In this document: one piece after another, positions 63,136-64,000 of the stretch
How the letters are laid out: each line of letters begins with the position of its first letter
Position numbering within the stretch: the stretch's first letter is position 1
The notes under the pieces: generated by a model
Seen by the model: the letters and a program-made list of their open reading frames with translations, nothing else
Told to the model about the DNA's origin: nothing
The model's database searches: none
Program-made: the position numbers and the translations under genes
Assembly: GCA_951804945.1 (NCBI GenBank)
Contig: OX638155.1
Span: forward strand, 71,176,001-71,240,000
From: Podarcis cretensis
Lineage: Eukaryota
DNA: 64,000 nucleotides
Direction: 5' to 3'

Positions 63136-64000
63136 GTTGGAGGATTGTGATGAAACTGCTGCTGTCACTCCTTCTCTCGCTACAAAATCTCATGACACTA
63201 AGAAGACTCCAGGACAGCCCAGAAGGGATTATGGATTTTGGTGTCCACGTCATCTGCAGACCTCCGGTGGCCAAGGCTACAAGTTTTTGGGAATTGATCA
63301 GTGTGCACCCCCCTGTCCCAACATGTACTTCAATAATCATGAGCTAGACGTTGCCAAAAGCTTCATTGGGATTGTTTCAATTTTTTGCCTTTGCGCGACT
63401 CTGTTCACATTCCTAACATTTTTGATTGATGTTAAGCGGTTCAGATATCCAGAGAGGCCAATAATATACTATTCTGTTTGTTACAGCATAGTGTCTCTGG
63501 TATACTTCCTTGGGTTTGTCCTGGGAAACAGAACTGCCTGTAATAAGGTAGATGAAAAACTGCAGCTTGGAGAGACAGTTGTTCTTGGTTCTCAGAACAA
63601 AGCCTGCACAATTGTTTTTATGGCTCTGTACTTTTTCACCATGGCTGGAACTGTGTGGTGGGTGATCCTCACAGTCACTTGGTTCCTAGCTGCCGGACGA
63701 AAGTGGAGCTGTGAAGCTATTGAGCAAAAGGCAATGTGGTTCCATGCAATTGCCTGGGGCATGCCTGGCTTTCTCACCATTATGCTTCTTGCCATGAACA
63801 AAGTGGAAGGTGACAACATCAGCGGTGTTTGTTTCGTTGGCCTCTATGACCTGGATGCTTCCAGATACTTTGTCCTTTTGCCTTTGTGCCTTTGTGTTTT
63901 TGTTGGATTGTCTCTCCTCTTAGCAGGCATAATTTCTCTAAATCACGTGCGGCAAGTTATACAGAATGATGGCAGGAATCAAGAAAAGCTGAAGAAATTC
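63136..64000 (+). CDS. FZD6: FZD6 large coding exon (linker and transmembrane helices), runs off the window
   Basis: TAG|G; LEDCDE...[35 protein letters not shown]...[15 protein letters not shown]...[23 protein letters not shown]; open to base 64000. Confidence 0.96.

Overview
Vertebrate (squamate, probably lacertid lizard, inferred from Sauria SINEs, BovB and reptile Penelope/hAT repeats) genomic DNA with the conserved ATP6V1C1-BAALC-FZD6 gene order, all on the + strand. It holds the last 8 coding exons of ATP6V1C1 (2388-10067), the complete 3-exon BAALC CDS (27181-37880, 152 aa) and the 5' part of FZD6 (CpG-island promoter about 49.3-49.9 kb; coding exons from 51158 to the window edge). The main novelty is a very young 4,030-bp Ty1/copia LTR element (21568-25597, - strand; 493-bp LTRs differing at one base, CTTTT TSD, tRNA-iMet PBS, PPT). 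Its single intact 899-aa ORF encodes Gag, protease and an apparently dead integrase but no RT or RNase H, and it reads into the 3' LTR. Second is a LINE 3' end fused head-to-head to an inverted U1 snRNA 5' fragment inside one 12-bp TSD in FZD6 intron 2, a geometry expected from twin priming on a heterologous RNA. Also present: Penelope-derived hammerhead-like palindromes, nested SINE/MITE insertions and a chain of uORFs in the FZD6 leader. All homology calls are from recalled sequences and motifs, not database searches.
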